64,000 nt of DNA from Myxococcota bacterium (GCA_965247115.1 CBDFGR010000003.1:1536001-1600000), one strand, 5' to 3'. Counted from the stretch's first letter, positions 30,365-40,124 are shown. The notes: a model not told the origin generated them from the sequence alone. Numbers and translations: made by a program.

Positions 30365-30892
30365 ATGACAGATCAGACCATTCTCGATCCGACGGACGAG
30401 CGCGTTCCGGTTCGGCGCCAGCTCGCCGAACGACCCGCGACCCTTGCGGGGACCGTCGGGCTGCTGGACATCTCGAAGCCGCGAGGAGACGTCCTCATCG
30501 AGCGGATCGAGAAGCGGCTGCAGGAGCGCTTTCCCGAGCTCGCCTTCAAACGCTACGCCAAGCCCACCTTTGCAAAGCCGGCGCCGCGTGATCTGCGTCG
30601 CCAGATCGCGGAGGAGTGCGGCTTCGTCATCGAAGCCCTGGCCGATTGAGGGTCCTGCACGACGTGCAGTGTGCACGACACGACATCCTTCGAGGTCGAA
30701 GGCAAGCCGGCGGTGTTCGTCGCCTCTAGCACCTTCGTTGACGCCGCGCGGGTACAGGCCGAGGCGTTGGGGCTGCCCGACGTCAAGCGCGTCTTCGTCC
30801 CACACCCGATCCAGGACGCGACGGATGACGAGATGGTGGTCAAGGCCGACGCGGTCGTCGACGAGCTTGTAGCCGCGCTTACCGCTCGCTAG
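30365..30892 (+). CDS. UGSC-family selenoprotein (Sec at TGA 30647-30649, residue 95 of 175)
   Basis: ORFs 30359-30649 and 30671-30892 are in the same frame, separated only by TGA. Read-through gives EALAD-U-GSCTTCSVHD, and a hairpin follows the UGA. Confidence 0.85.
30663..30677 (+). promoter_or_regulatory. Candidate bacterial SECIS hairpin
   Basis: CGTGCA-GTG-TGCACG; the loop starts with GU 20 nt after the UGA. Confidence 0.5.
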
Positions 30893-30912
30893 GCAGATCC
30901 GCAGTAAACGCG

Positions 30913-30940
30913 TAAAGCTACGCGGGGAACTTGCCGACTC
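30913..30940 (+). promoter_or_regulatory. Sigma28 (FliA)-like promoter for the glycan island
   Basis: TAAAG-N15-GCCGACTC, 44 nt before ATG 30984. Confidence 0.45.
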
Positions 30941-30983
30941 GATCCCCCGGGTGCCTCCCGGGGGATCGGACGTATTGAGTTCC

Positions 30984-33900
30984 ATGCGCGTCGCCGTGCT
31001 CTCCTTTGATTGGACGCTGCACGCGTGTGCACGCCTGAGGCTACTCGACCCCTTGCGCGCCAGCGGCGTGGACGTCGAATGGCTGGTTGCAGACGGTGGC
31101 ACGCGCCGATCCATCAATGCAGCGGGGCTCGAGGGCGCGGACGTCGTCGTGGTCCAACGCTTCTTTCCGCATCCGCGGACCTGTGATCTGATAGATCGCC
31201 TGATCGAGAGCCCGACGCCCCTAGTCTACGAGTTCGACGATCTGATCACCGAGATTCCGCCGACCAACGCCAACGCTGCCGCCGGAGCGGTCTGCGCCCC
31301 GATGATCGAGCACGTGATTCGCGGTGCGAACGCAGTCGTAGTCAGCACGCCCGCGCTCGCCCGAGCCTGCGCGCACATCGACACACCGGCCATCATCCTG
31401 CCGAACCTCGTGGACACGGATCGCTTCCCCTTCCAGCGCCGCGGCGGAGATCCGGTAACCATCGGGTACAGCGGAACCCCCACGCACGCGCCCGACCTGG
31501 CGCTCGTCGAGCCGGTGCTGGTGCGCATTCACGAGCGCTTCGGCGACCGTGTGCGCTTTTGGTTCCAGGGATGCATCACTCCCCGGCTCGCGCGACTGCC
31601 CGGGATCCAGTTCGTCGATGTGGAGCCTTCGTATGCGAGCTATGCGAGCGCCCTCTCGGCATCGCCGCTCGACCTGGCGATCGGACCGCTCGAGGACAAC
31701 GCTTTCAACCGCTGCAAGAGCGCGATCAAGTGGATGGAGTACGCAGCTTGCGGGATCCCGAGCGTGTTCACGGACCTGGCGGGCTACGCAGCGGTGATAC
31801 GGGACGGAGAGACGGGTCGAGTGGTCCCCAACGATCCCGACGTCTGGTACGAGGTGCTCGTCGAGCTCATCCTCGATCAGGAGGCGCGCGAGCGCCTGGC
31901 CGTGGCTGCGCGCCACGACGTCGAGGAACGACACTCTCTCCAGCTGCACGCGGGTACCTGGGGCGATGCGTACCGCCTGATCGCCGCGGGCCGGCCGTCA
32001 CGCCTCGCGGCGGCGCCGTCGGTCGACGTCTCGATCATCGTGCCGGTCTACGGGCGCGTCGATCTCACACGCCAGTGCGTGGATGCTCTGCTCGCCCATA
32101 CCGCAGCCGAGGGCGTCGAGGTGGTCGTCGTGGATGACGCCTCTCCAGATGGTACGGATGCGTACCTGGCTTCGCTTGGAGATCGGATTCGAGTGATTCG
32201 AAATCGTACGAATCGCGGCTTTGCGTACTCCTGCAACCGCGGGGCAGACGCGGCGCGGGGCCAGCGGGTCGTCTTTCTCAACAACGACACGATCCCGGGG
32301 GCGGGTTGGCTCGCGCCGCTGCTTCGCGAGCTGGACGCGGCGACCGATGTCGCGATCGTGGGCGCGAAGTTGCTCTATCCCAGCGGCGAGGTTCAGCACG
32401 CCGGCATCGCCTTCGGTAGACCAGAATCCGTGCCCTACCACATGTACCGTGGCGCGGAGGCCGATCACCCGGCGGTATCCCGGCGGCGCGAGCTGCGAGC
32501 GATCACTGGTGCCTGCATGCTGGTTCGCAAAGGCGTATTCGAGGCGGCTGGCGGCTTCGACGAGGCGTATCGCAACGGCTTCGAGGACGTCGATCTGTGT
32601 CTTCGCGTTCGGGAGGCGGGAGGGCGGGTGATCTACCAGCCGGAGAGCGAGCTGGTGCATCTCGAGGAGCAGACTCCCGGTCGCAAGGACCATGACACGG
32701 AGAACTTGCGCCGTTTCCTTGAGAGCTGGGGCTCCCGCCTGGTCCCTGACGAGACGCGACTCCATCTCGAGGACGGATGGGCGACTCGCGGGGATGGCAT
32801 GCAGCGCGTGACGAGCCCGATCGCCAGCGATGAGGAGCGGCAGGCCTGGGAACGGGTCGCCGAGACCGAGAGGCGGCTCGAAGAGGGCGGACCTGCCATG
32901 TTGCGTGCCCATCCTCCCCAGCTCGACGCCTGGCCCGAAGACGCCACGACCCGCGCGTGGGGCGCGGGCCTGTTCGAGGAGGCCGATCTCGACGAGGTGG
33001 CTCCCCAACCGATGAGCCAGAGTCGCCCGCTGCGGATCCTGCTCGTCGTCCACTCGTACACCACGGAGTGGGCAGGTGGAACCGAGATCTACACACGCGC
33101 GCTCGCCCACTCCCTCCAGAAGCAGGGCGCGGAGGTCACGATTCTCCACCCGATCGAGGCATCGGCGGGCGCCCAGCCAAGGCTCGAGCGCGGTCGCGAC
33201 GGACCTGTGGCCCTCGCGCGGCTGCACGTGGCCCCCGAGGGGACGATCTGGAGCGATGCGTGCAATCCGGCGGTGGAACGCGTGTTCGACTCGCTGCTCG
33301 AGGCGGAGCCCTTCGACATCGTTCACTTCCAGCACACCCACCGGCTGCTCCCGTTCTCGCTGCTCGAGGTCGCGCAGCAGCGCGGCTCGCACGTGTGCGT
33401 CACGTTGCACGACTTCTGGTTCATGTGTCGCCGCACTCATCTGACCCCTCCTGCGCCCGAGCGTCTCTGCTCTGGCCCGGACAGCGGTGAGAAGTGCGCA
33501 CGCTGTCTGATGTCGACGATCCCGGAAGAGGCCACCGGAGAGCGCATCGCGGACATCAGCCAGGTGCTCGAGGCGCGCAACGCTGCGGCACGGCGCGCGC
33601 TCGCTGCGAGCGGCCTCGTCACCGCGCCATCGCGCTACGTTGTCGATCGATACCTGGCCCACCGCACGGCGCGACACATCGAGGTGGCTCCACTCGGTCT
33701 GGAGCCCGTCGAGTGCGGACCTCGGAGCTCGTCGGTCGCCGTGCGCTTCGGGTTTCTCGGGACGATCACCGAGCTCAAGTGTCCGGGTCTGCTCGTTGAG
33801 GCCTTCGCGCGTGTGCGTGGCGATGCGACGCTCTCGCTCCACGGTGCCGCCGATGCGGCTCTTCTCGAGTCGCTGCAGCGCTGGATCGAGGCCAGCGCTG

Positions 33901-34334
33901 GGCGCGCCCGCTACGCGGGCCCGTACGCGCCACAATCTCTGCCCGGCATACTGGCCGAGCTCGACGTCCTGGTGGTGCCCTCGATCGCCGAGACCTACTC
34001 GCTGGCTGCGCGTGAGGCGCTCTCAGCAGGGTTGCCGGTCATTGCCTCTGACGGAGGTGCGTTGCCGGAGGCGATCGAGCACGAGCGCAACGGGTTCCTG
34101 TTTCCCACCGGCGACGTCGAGGCGCTCGCCGCCTGCATGCAGCGGCTGATCGACGACCCTGACGTTCTCGAACGTCTGCGCGCGGGTATAACGCCGCCAA
34201 AGACCATCGCGGACGACGCCGCAGAGTGGCTCCAGCGCTACCAGGCGTTACTGGCCTCGGGAGGACCCGAGAAGACCCCAGAGCATTCCGAGCTCGGCAG
34301 CCGAGCACTCTCGGCACTGCTAGACGCCGTCTAG
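30984..34334 (+). CDS. Multidomain glycosyltransferase (GT-B + GT2 + GT4)
   Basis: N-terminal GT-B-like part (YEFDD, FNRCKSAIKWMEY); GT2 (VSIIVPVY, VVDDAS, FLNNDT, FEDVDLCLR); C-terminal GT4 (GGTEIY, TLHDFW, ETYSLAAREA). Confidence 0.88.
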   Translation: MRVAVLSFDWTLHACARLRLLDPLRASGVDVEWLVADGGTRRSINAAGLEGADVVVVQRFFPHPRTCDLIDRLIESPTPLVYEFDDLITEIPPTNANAAAGAVCAPMIEHVIRGANAVVVSTPALARACAHIDTPAIILPNLVDTDRFPFQRRGGDPVTIGYSGTPTHAPDLALVEPVLVRIHERFGDRVRFWFQGCITPRLARLPGIQFVDVEPSYASYASALSASPLDLAIGPLEDNAFNRCKSAIKWMEYAACGIPSVFTDLAGYAAVIRDGETGRVVPNDPDVWYEVLVELILDQEARERLAVAARHDVEERHSLQLHAGTWGDAYRLIAAGRPSRLAAAPSVDVSIIVPVYGRVDLTRQCVDALLAHTAAEGVEVVVVDDASPDGTDAYLASLGDRIRVIRNRTNRGFAYSCNRGADAARGQRVVFLNNDTIPGAGWLAPLLRELDAATDVAIVGAKLLYPSGEVQHAGIAFGRPESVPYHMYRGAEADHPAVSRRRELRAITGACMLVRKGVFEAAGGFDEAYRNGFEDVDLCLRVREAGGRVIYQPESELVHLEEQTPGRKDHDTENLRRFLESWGSRLVPDETRLHLEDGWATRGDGMQRVTSPIASDEERQAWERVAETERRLEEGGPAMLRAHPPQLDAWPEDATTRAWGAGLFEEADLDEVAPQPMSQSRPLRILLVVHSYTTEWAGGTEIYTRALAHSLQKQGAEVTILHPIEASAGAQPRLERGRDGPVALARLHVAPEGTIWSDACNPAVERVFDSLLEAEPFDIVHFQHTHRLLPFSLLEVAQQRGSHVCVTLHDFWFMCRRTHLTPPAPERLCSGPDSGEKCARCLMSTIPEEATGERIADISQVLEARNAAARRALAASGLVTAPSRYVVDRYLAHRTARHIEVAPLGLEPVECGPRSSSVAVRFGFLGTITELKCPGLLVEAFARVRGDATLSLHGAADAALLESLQRWIEASAGRARYAGPYAPQSLPGILAELDVLVVPSIAETYSLAAREALSAGLPVIASDGGALPEAIEHERNGFLFPTGDVEALAACMQRLIDDPDVLERLRAGITPPKTIADDAAEWLQRYQALLASGGPEKTPEHSELGSRALSALLDAV

Positions 34335-34337
34335 TCC

Positions 34338-35282
34338 ATGCGAGATCCACTGATCTCCGTCATCACGCCCACGTGGAACCGGGCCCGCTTCATCCAGGAG
34401 GGGCTCCGCAGCGTTCTGGATCAATGCCCCGATGACTGGGAGGTGGTTGTCGTCGACGACGGTTCGACAGACGACACCAGGGAAATCGTGACGGGGCTGC
34501 GACATCCCGCACTCCGGTACGTGTCGAAGCCGCACTCCGGGGCCCCCGATACGCGCAATCTGGGGATCGCGAACGCAGCGGGCTCGTATCTACTCTGGCT
34601 CGACTCGGACGACTGCCTCGCCCCCGGAGTTGCTGCCCGCTATGGCGAGCTCGTTCGCACCCATCCCCACGCCGACGTTCTCTATGGCGATCTCATCGTA
34701 ACCGACGCTGAGCTTCGGCCCGATCGTGAGATCCACTACGAGAACTGGCACGGTCGCAACGACACCCTGGTGGCTCAGCTCACCTCCTGCTGTCCGATTC
34801 CGAACCCAGGCGCGCTCGTGCGACGGGCTGCCTACGAGCGTTTCGGGGCCTACGACCCGAGCTTTCGGCGGGCGCACGATTTCGAGTGGTGGTCACGGGT
34901 CGCGGGCACGCTGGAGTTCTTGCACTGCGGTGGGACCGTGGCGTTGTGGCGCTGACACGATACCAACATGTCCTCGGGATCGGTGGACGTCGACACGAGC
35001 TTCGAGGCGAGGGTCACGCGCCGGCTTCTGCACCGCTACACGCTGCGGGGCCTGTTCCCGGACCTCAGCTGGGACACCCGGCCCTGGGTCGAGAGCGAGG
35101 GCCTCGCCTGTCTGCGCATCGCGTCGCGTCTGGCGAGCCTCGGCGACCTCAACGGCGCGCTCGAGTACTCGCGGGAGAGCTCCCGGCTCTGGCCGTCGGC
35201 GCAAGCGCGGGAGGTCGTCGCCCTGCTCGAGCGGCAGTTCACGCCGGGTGTGATCGGAGTCCCTGGCGGGAGTCGCCAGTGA
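34338..35282 (+). pseudogene. GT2 glycosyltransferase with helical C-terminal extension, interrupted by an in-frame TGA at 34953-34955
   Basis: ISVITPTWN, VVDDGSTD and WLDSDD. The frame continues after the stop (LWR*HDTNMSS) into ORF 34968-35282. Confidence 0.7.
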
Positions 35283-36829
35283 GCCGGTTTGCAGCGAGTC
35301 CGCTTGTGGTCGCGACACGCGTGGTGCACCAGGCCGAGCGCGAGTTCGAGGTAAATGCCCTGCGCTGCGGCGATCTGCTCGTGTGGCCGCTGATCCGTCT
35401 GGCGTTGTGGCACCAGATCAATCGAGCGGAGTGTCAGATCATCACGCCCCGCGAGATCCCTGCGGTGAACGGCCCGACGACCTGCGCGGGTCTTCCGAGG
35501 CTGCTGAGCCGCGCAGCGTACGAGGGCTTCGTTGCCACCCCTGAAGAGCTCCCGGCGGAGGAAGAGCGCTGCGACGCGTTGTTCTACACGCGGGGCGAGG
35601 AGTACAAGGAGCGCATCGACGGGCGTCCGTACAATCGCTTTGTCGATCCGCTGATCTCGCGCGCGTCTTCGCGCTGGCGCTGCCAGAAGATGCTGCTGGC
35701 CGAACAGGCGGAGACGGATCCGAAGACACACTGGGGTGAGACGCTGGTGCTCACCGCCGCGGACTTCATCGCGTGCAAGCACTCTCGAGCTGCTAGCGAT
35801 GGCAACCCTGGCCCGCGTTCCATCGAGAAGTTCGCCGAGTTCCAGCACTACATGCGCGGGTTGCTCGGGGACTTCGAGCTCCCGGAGTCTTACTTTGTCG
35901 ATGCCGCGCGTGCGATCGACGACTATCAGGCGTTCTTTACCCGTCTTCTATCGCTGTTGCAGCCGCGAGCCGTGTTCTTGACGTGCTACTACCAGAACGT
36001 GCAGATGGCGCTGATCCGCGCGTGCAAGTTCCTCGGCATCACGAGTGTCGATCTGCAGCACGGCTCGCAAGCACCGTACCATCAGGGGTACGACACGTGG
36101 CACGCGATGCCTCCGACGGGCTACGACACGCTGCCTGACGTGTGCTGGGTCTGGGGCCCCTACGGTGCGGACAGCCATGGCCGCAATCTCGGTAGCCTTC
36201 CAGGAGCCCCACGCGCCGTTGTTGGAGGTTGTTCCTGGCTGAACGACTGGCTGGGAGGTGACATGATCCCTCCCGTTCCCGCGGCGCGCGCGTTCTACCG
36301 CGAGCTGGAGCGATTCGAGCGCCGAATCCTGCTCACGTGGAGTCCGGTTCCCGAAGCCCCGCCACCGGTACTTCTGGATGCCATGCGCCGCTCACCACCG
36401 AGCTGGCGTTGGCTGTTGCGGCTGCATCCCCTGGGAAAGTCGCTGCTCGAGCCGATGAAGCAGCTCTTCGCGCGCGAGGGTATCCATGGTGTCGAGCTCG
36501 AGCACTCCACGGACCTCCCCCTCTATGCCCTGCTGCGCCGCTGTACGCACCACGTGACGCGGCTGTCGACGGTCGTCTTCGAAGGTCTCGCCTTTCAGGT
36601 GCCGTCCGCGATGCTGGAGCGCTGCGGGCCCGACCGCTACCAGGAGCACCTGCGAGACGGTGTCTTCGCCGCTCCTTCGAGTGCGGACGAGCTGCTCGGC
36701 TTCCTGCGCCGCGAGCCAGCGGAGCTGTTGGCCCGCGAGCGCCTGCCGTACTTCGACACCGACGAGGCCACAACGGAACGGGCGCTCGCGGCCCTGCTCG
36801 AGCCATCAGCCGCACGCAGCTCCGCCTAA
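35279..36829 (+). CDS. Surface carbohydrate biosynthesis protein, GT-B-like (candidate nonulosonate transferase)
   Basis: VDLQHG, LPDVCWVWG, LRLHP and HVTRLSTVVFEG. GTGA overlap with the upstream frame; cluster context. Confidence 0.55.
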   Translation: MSRFAASPLVVATRVVHQAEREFEVNALRCGDLLVWPLIRLALWHQINRAECQIITPREIPAVNGPTTCAGLPRLLSRAAYEGFVATPEELPAEEERCDALFYTRGEEYKERIDGRPYNRFVDPLISRASSRWRCQKMLLAEQAETDPKTHWGETLVLTAADFIACKHSRAASDGNPGPRSIEKFAEFQHYMRGLLGDFELPESYFVDAARAIDDYQAFFTRLLSLLQPRAVFLTCYYQNVQMALIRACKFLGITSVDLQHGSQAPYHQGYDTWHAMPPTGYDTLPDVCWVWGPYGADSHGRNLGSLPGAPRAVVGGCSWLNDWLGGDMIPPVPAARAFYRELERFERRILLTWSPVPEAPPPVLLDAMRRSPPSWRWLLRLHPLGKSLLEPMKQLFAREGIHGVELEHSTDLPLYALLRRCTHHVTRLSTVVFEGLAFQVPSAMLERCGPDRYQEHLRDGVFAAPSSADELLGFLRREPAELLARERLPYFDTDEATTERALAALLEPSAARSSA

Positions 36830-36882
36830 AGCGCGCCGCCCTTCCGCCCGAATTGAAGAGGACCCCTCCCTGCGAGTCCAGA

Positions 36883-37929
36883 GTGGCCCATATCTTCAAG
36901 CAGACCTCCGAGGCGAGAAAGGGCATCGTCGTGTTCACGCACAAGGAGGCCGACTGGGCTCGGTCCTGTCCGCAAGCGACCGATGCGCTCCGCTACATGC
37001 GTCACGAGTACCTCCTGGGCGTCCACTATGGCCACCTGACGAGCAAGTCTCGCGAGAGCTGGGAGGAGTTCTGTATGGGGGCGGAGTCCACCGTGACGTT
37101 CACGGGCGAGCCGCCGTACCGGATCCCGTTCAACAGTCGCGCCTTCACGCCGGAGTGGTTTCGCCCGCGGCCGGAGATCGGAAAATTCTGGGACGTCATC
37201 AATGTCTCCCGAAATCTCCGTCTCAAGCGTCTGGACGCGTTCCTGCTCGCGGTGCGCCGCCTCTACGATCGCGGGATGAAGTCCCGGGTGCTGCTCGTCT
37301 GCCCGACATCGAGCAACGAGACGCCGGATCGGAACTTCGTCGATCTCGTTGACGCGTACCGCGACATGTTCAGCTCGCAAGAGCGCGAGCGCTTTACGGT
37401 GATGCGACTGGGCGCGGACCTGGATCACCTGGGCATCTCGAACCGGACCGTTGCCCACTTCTACAACTCCTCAAAGGTCTTCTGTCTCCTGTCCCCGCAC
37501 GAGGGCGAGTCCCGCGTCATCCACGAAGCGCTGCTGTCCGGTCTCGCGATCGTGACGTACCGAGGCCTGCAGGGCGGGGGTCGCGACTACCTCGACGAGA
37601 GCAACTGCGTCTCCTTCGATGACTACGAGAGGGTCGATGAAGCGCTGATGGAAGCGGTCGCGCGTCATGCCGAGCTGAACACGGATCCCGATCGCCACGC
37701 GGACGAACTCCGCGAGGACCGAACCGTTCCGCGCCTGGTCGAGTACTTCGCAGATCTGTGCGCCAGCTGCGACCTGCCATTCGATGCGGAGCTGCTCAAC
37801 ATCGACCGTCTGGCATTGCGGCTTCCGGCTCACTGGGACGACGTACCGTGGCGGGGCGAGGGCCCCACCGCCGACATCCGATCCGTCGAGCAGCTCTTTC
37901 GCCTGGTCGATCAGCTGGAGTGGAACTGA
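36883..37929 (+). CDS. Glycosyltransferase (GT-B fold)
   Basis: NVSRNLRLKR and FYNSSKVFCLLSPHEGESRVIHEALLSGL (E-x7-E motif). Confidence 0.7.
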   Translation: MAHIFKQTSEARKGIVVFTHKEADWARSCPQATDALRYMRHEYLLGVHYGHLTSKSRESWEEFCMGAESTVTFTGEPPYRIPFNSRAFTPEWFRPRPEIGKFWDVINVSRNLRLKRLDAFLLAVRRLYDRGMKSRVLLVCPTSSNETPDRNFVDLVDAYRDMFSSQERERFTVMRLGADLDHLGISNRTVAHFYNSSKVFCLLSPHEGESRVIHEALLSGLAIVTYRGLQGGGRDYLDESNCVSFDDYERVDEALMEAVARHAELNTDPDRHADELREDRTVPRLVEYFADLCASCDLPFDAELLNIDRLALRLPAHWDDVPWRGEGPTADIRSVEQLFRLVDQLEWN

Positions 37930-38666
37930 TGTCGGTACTCGTCGTCACGAGCCATCCAGACGATGAGTCGCTCTGGTGCGGCGGAACCCTGAGCGCCCTC
38001 CGCGATGTGGCCGATGTGGGCGTCGTCTGTCTGTGGGGAAATCTCGAGCCGGCCGACGCGCAGCGAGCGGCGGAGTTCGGGGCAGCGACGCGCGCGCTCC
38101 GTGCACGCGCTCATCTGTGCGTGCAGGCTTCGGCAGATCCGATTGGCGAGGGGCTCGAGCGCCTGGAGATCGACGCGGTCGAGCTCGTGCTGACCCACTC
38201 GCCGACCGGGGATGAGCACGCGCACGAGCACCACCGCCTGACCTGGTCCGTGACGCGTCGCTGGGCTGCGGAGCGCGGCCTGCCCTTTGGCTGGTTCTCG
38301 TTCTTCCCCTTGCCCTGGTTCTCCTATACACCACGCCTCTCTCGCGCGCGAAGGAGGGGTGGGCTCCACCTGCTGGGTCTCTACGAGTGCCAGCCAGCGG
38401 AAGGGAGTCTGAACGGGCTCGTTCCGCCGCGCTGGTACATCCAGTTCCTGGTCGATCCACGCGTCAAGCAGGAGCTCCTGGACTGCTATCACTCGGTCGA
38501 CCACGAGGCGCACAGTCGCGGCTACTTCGCATGGACGTCGAACCACGAGGGCTTCTACCTGTGCGACGACCTCGGGATGAAGGTCTTCGAACGACTCATC
38601 GATCGAATGCCTGCACCCGCCGGTGAGCGGGACCCGTTCCTCCTGCCCACAGCGGAGATGCTCTGA
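37929..38666 (+). CDS. PIG-L/LmbE-family deacetylase
   Basis: VVTSHPDDESLWCGG and LTHSPTGDEHAHEHH. The ATG overlaps the previous stop. Confidence 0.75.
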   Translation: MSVLVVTSHPDDESLWCGGTLSALRDVADVGVVCLWGNLEPADAQRAAEFGAATRALRARAHLCVQASADPIGEGLERLEIDAVELVLTHSPTGDEHAHEHHRLTWSVTRRWAAERGLPFGWFSFFPLPWFSYTPRLSRARRRGGLHLLGLYECQPAEGSLNGLVPPRWYIQFLVDPRVKQELLDCYHSVDHEAHSRGYFAWTSNHEGFYLCDDLGMKVFERLIDRMPAPAGERDPFLLPTAEML

Positions 38667-38668
38667 GA

Positions 38669-40015
38669 ATGGGAGTTACCAGACAGGACCTGGATCTGTT
38701 TCGGCAGCTTCGGGAGTTTCAACCGCTGGGCAAGCGCTGCGCCATCATCGGCGACTGCACCTTCTACTACGAGGGCGGGTCGGTCGAGCAGTTCGGAGCG
38801 ATGCTCGGCTTCGAGGAGGTCGACACCTTCGACATCCTCGGCTCGCCGACACACCGGGTCGACATGAACGAGCCACTGCCGGACGAATTCCGGAATCGCT
38901 ACGACTGGATCATCGATGCGGGGAGCCTGTACTGCATCTTCGATGTAGCCACTGCGCTCCGGAACATCCTGAGCATGCTTCGGCCGGTGGGTACCATACT
39001 GCACACCTCGAACCTGGTCGGTCACTTCGGGCGGGGGTTCTACGCGTTTGGGCCCGCATTCTTCCAGGACTTCTACCGTGCGAACGGCTTCGAGATCCGC
39101 GCGATGGCCCACCGTCTCAAGACGGTGGATAGCCAGTGGACGCTGTTCCCGCCAACGCTCTCCTATCTGAAGAACGCATCGGACGGGCACTTGGAGTGGG
39201 ACGACGTGGGCCATCCACTTACCAGACTCGTACCGAACGACAGTCTGATCATGGCGTTCTGCTGCCGCGAGGAGGAGCGACCCTTCACCAAACCCCTTCC
39301 GGATCACTATGTGCGAGAGAGCCTGCCCGAGGTGGTCTGCGATGCCGACGATCTCGAGTTCCTGTGGTCGAAGATCGGGCCGGCGCAGAACCGCACGAAA
39401 GTGCCGTTCGTCCGCTTCCAGAACCTCTATCAGCGCATTCTCGAAGTGCAGAACGCAGGGCTGGAGGGAGATCTGGTCGAGGTCGGAGTCTGGAAGGGTG
39501 GGTGCGTGGCACTCATGGGATTCATGGCAGAGAAGGAGGGCCGCGGGCGCCGGGTCTGGGCATTCGATTCGTTTCACGGCATGTCGAAGTCCGTCCCCGA
39601 GATCGACGGGGAGCTGTCGACGCACCCGGACGTCCAGCTGCACAACTACGACTTCAACGACTTCCGCCACACCTGTTTCGATCTCATGGAGCTCGACGAA
39701 GCCACGATCAACATCTGTCCGGGGTGGGTCGAGAACACACTACCCGTGCTGGGTCGGGTGATCGACAAGATCAGCGTGCTCCGCATCGACGTCGACTGGT
39801 GGGAGCCGACGCGTGACGTGCTGGAACACCTGTATGACAAGGTTGTGCCCGGAGGCTTCGTCATCTGCGATGACTACGGGTACTGGGAGGGCGCCCGCAA
39901 GGCGGTGGATGAGTTCCGAGCCGAGCGTGGCATCCGCTCGCCCCTGGTCCAAACGTGGAAGAACGCCCCGAACCTCAAGAAGGGAACGGAGCACTTCTGG
40001 CGAGTGGAGCCGTGA
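38669..40015 (+). CDS. Fusion: methyltransferase-like domain plus TylF/MycF/NovP-type O-methyltransferase
   Basis: N-terminal DMNEPLP...YDWIIDAGSL; C-terminal GDLVEVGVWKGG, FDSFHGM, LRIDVDWW and GGFVICDDYG. Confidence 0.75.
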   Translation: MGVTRQDLDLFRQLREFQPLGKRCAIIGDCTFYYEGGSVEQFGAMLGFEEVDTFDILGSPTHRVDMNEPLPDEFRNRYDWIIDAGSLYCIFDVATALRNILSMLRPVGTILHTSNLVGHFGRGFYAFGPAFFQDFYRANGFEIRAMAHRLKTVDSQWTLFPPTLSYLKNASDGHLEWDDVGHPLTRLVPNDSLIMAFCCREEERPFTKPLPDHYVRESLPEVVCDADDLEFLWSKIGPAQNRTKVPFVRFQNLYQRILEVQNAGLEGDLVEVGVWKGGCVALMGFMAEKEGRGRRVWAFDSFHGMSKSVPEIDGELSTHPDVQLHNYDFNDFRHTCFDLMELDEATINICPGWVENTLPVLGRVIDKISVLRIDVDWWEPTRDVLEHLYDKVVPGGFVICDDYGYWEGARKAVDEFRAERGIRSPLVQTWKNAPNLKKGTEHFWRVEP

Positions 40016-40108
40016 CGGAGCGTCGGATGCTCGACGTCCCGACGAGATTTCGACACGCCCGCGCTGCGCACCGTCGTTCGCTGGTGACGCACGTCAGCTC
40101 GTGGCGCG

Positions 40109-40124
40109 TGGTCCGGGAATTGCA
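40109..40124 (+). promoter_or_regulatory. Possible sigma54 -24/-12 promoter before neuB
   Basis: TGGTCCGGGAATTGCA is GG-N10-GC with TTGCA. It lies in the largest internal gap of the cluster. Confidence 0.3.

Noticed and set aside
34953..34955. Second possible selenocysteine codon
   Set aside because: The position corresponds to the variable residue of the GT2 R-x-H motif, not a redox Cys. It is treated as a nonsense mutation or error.
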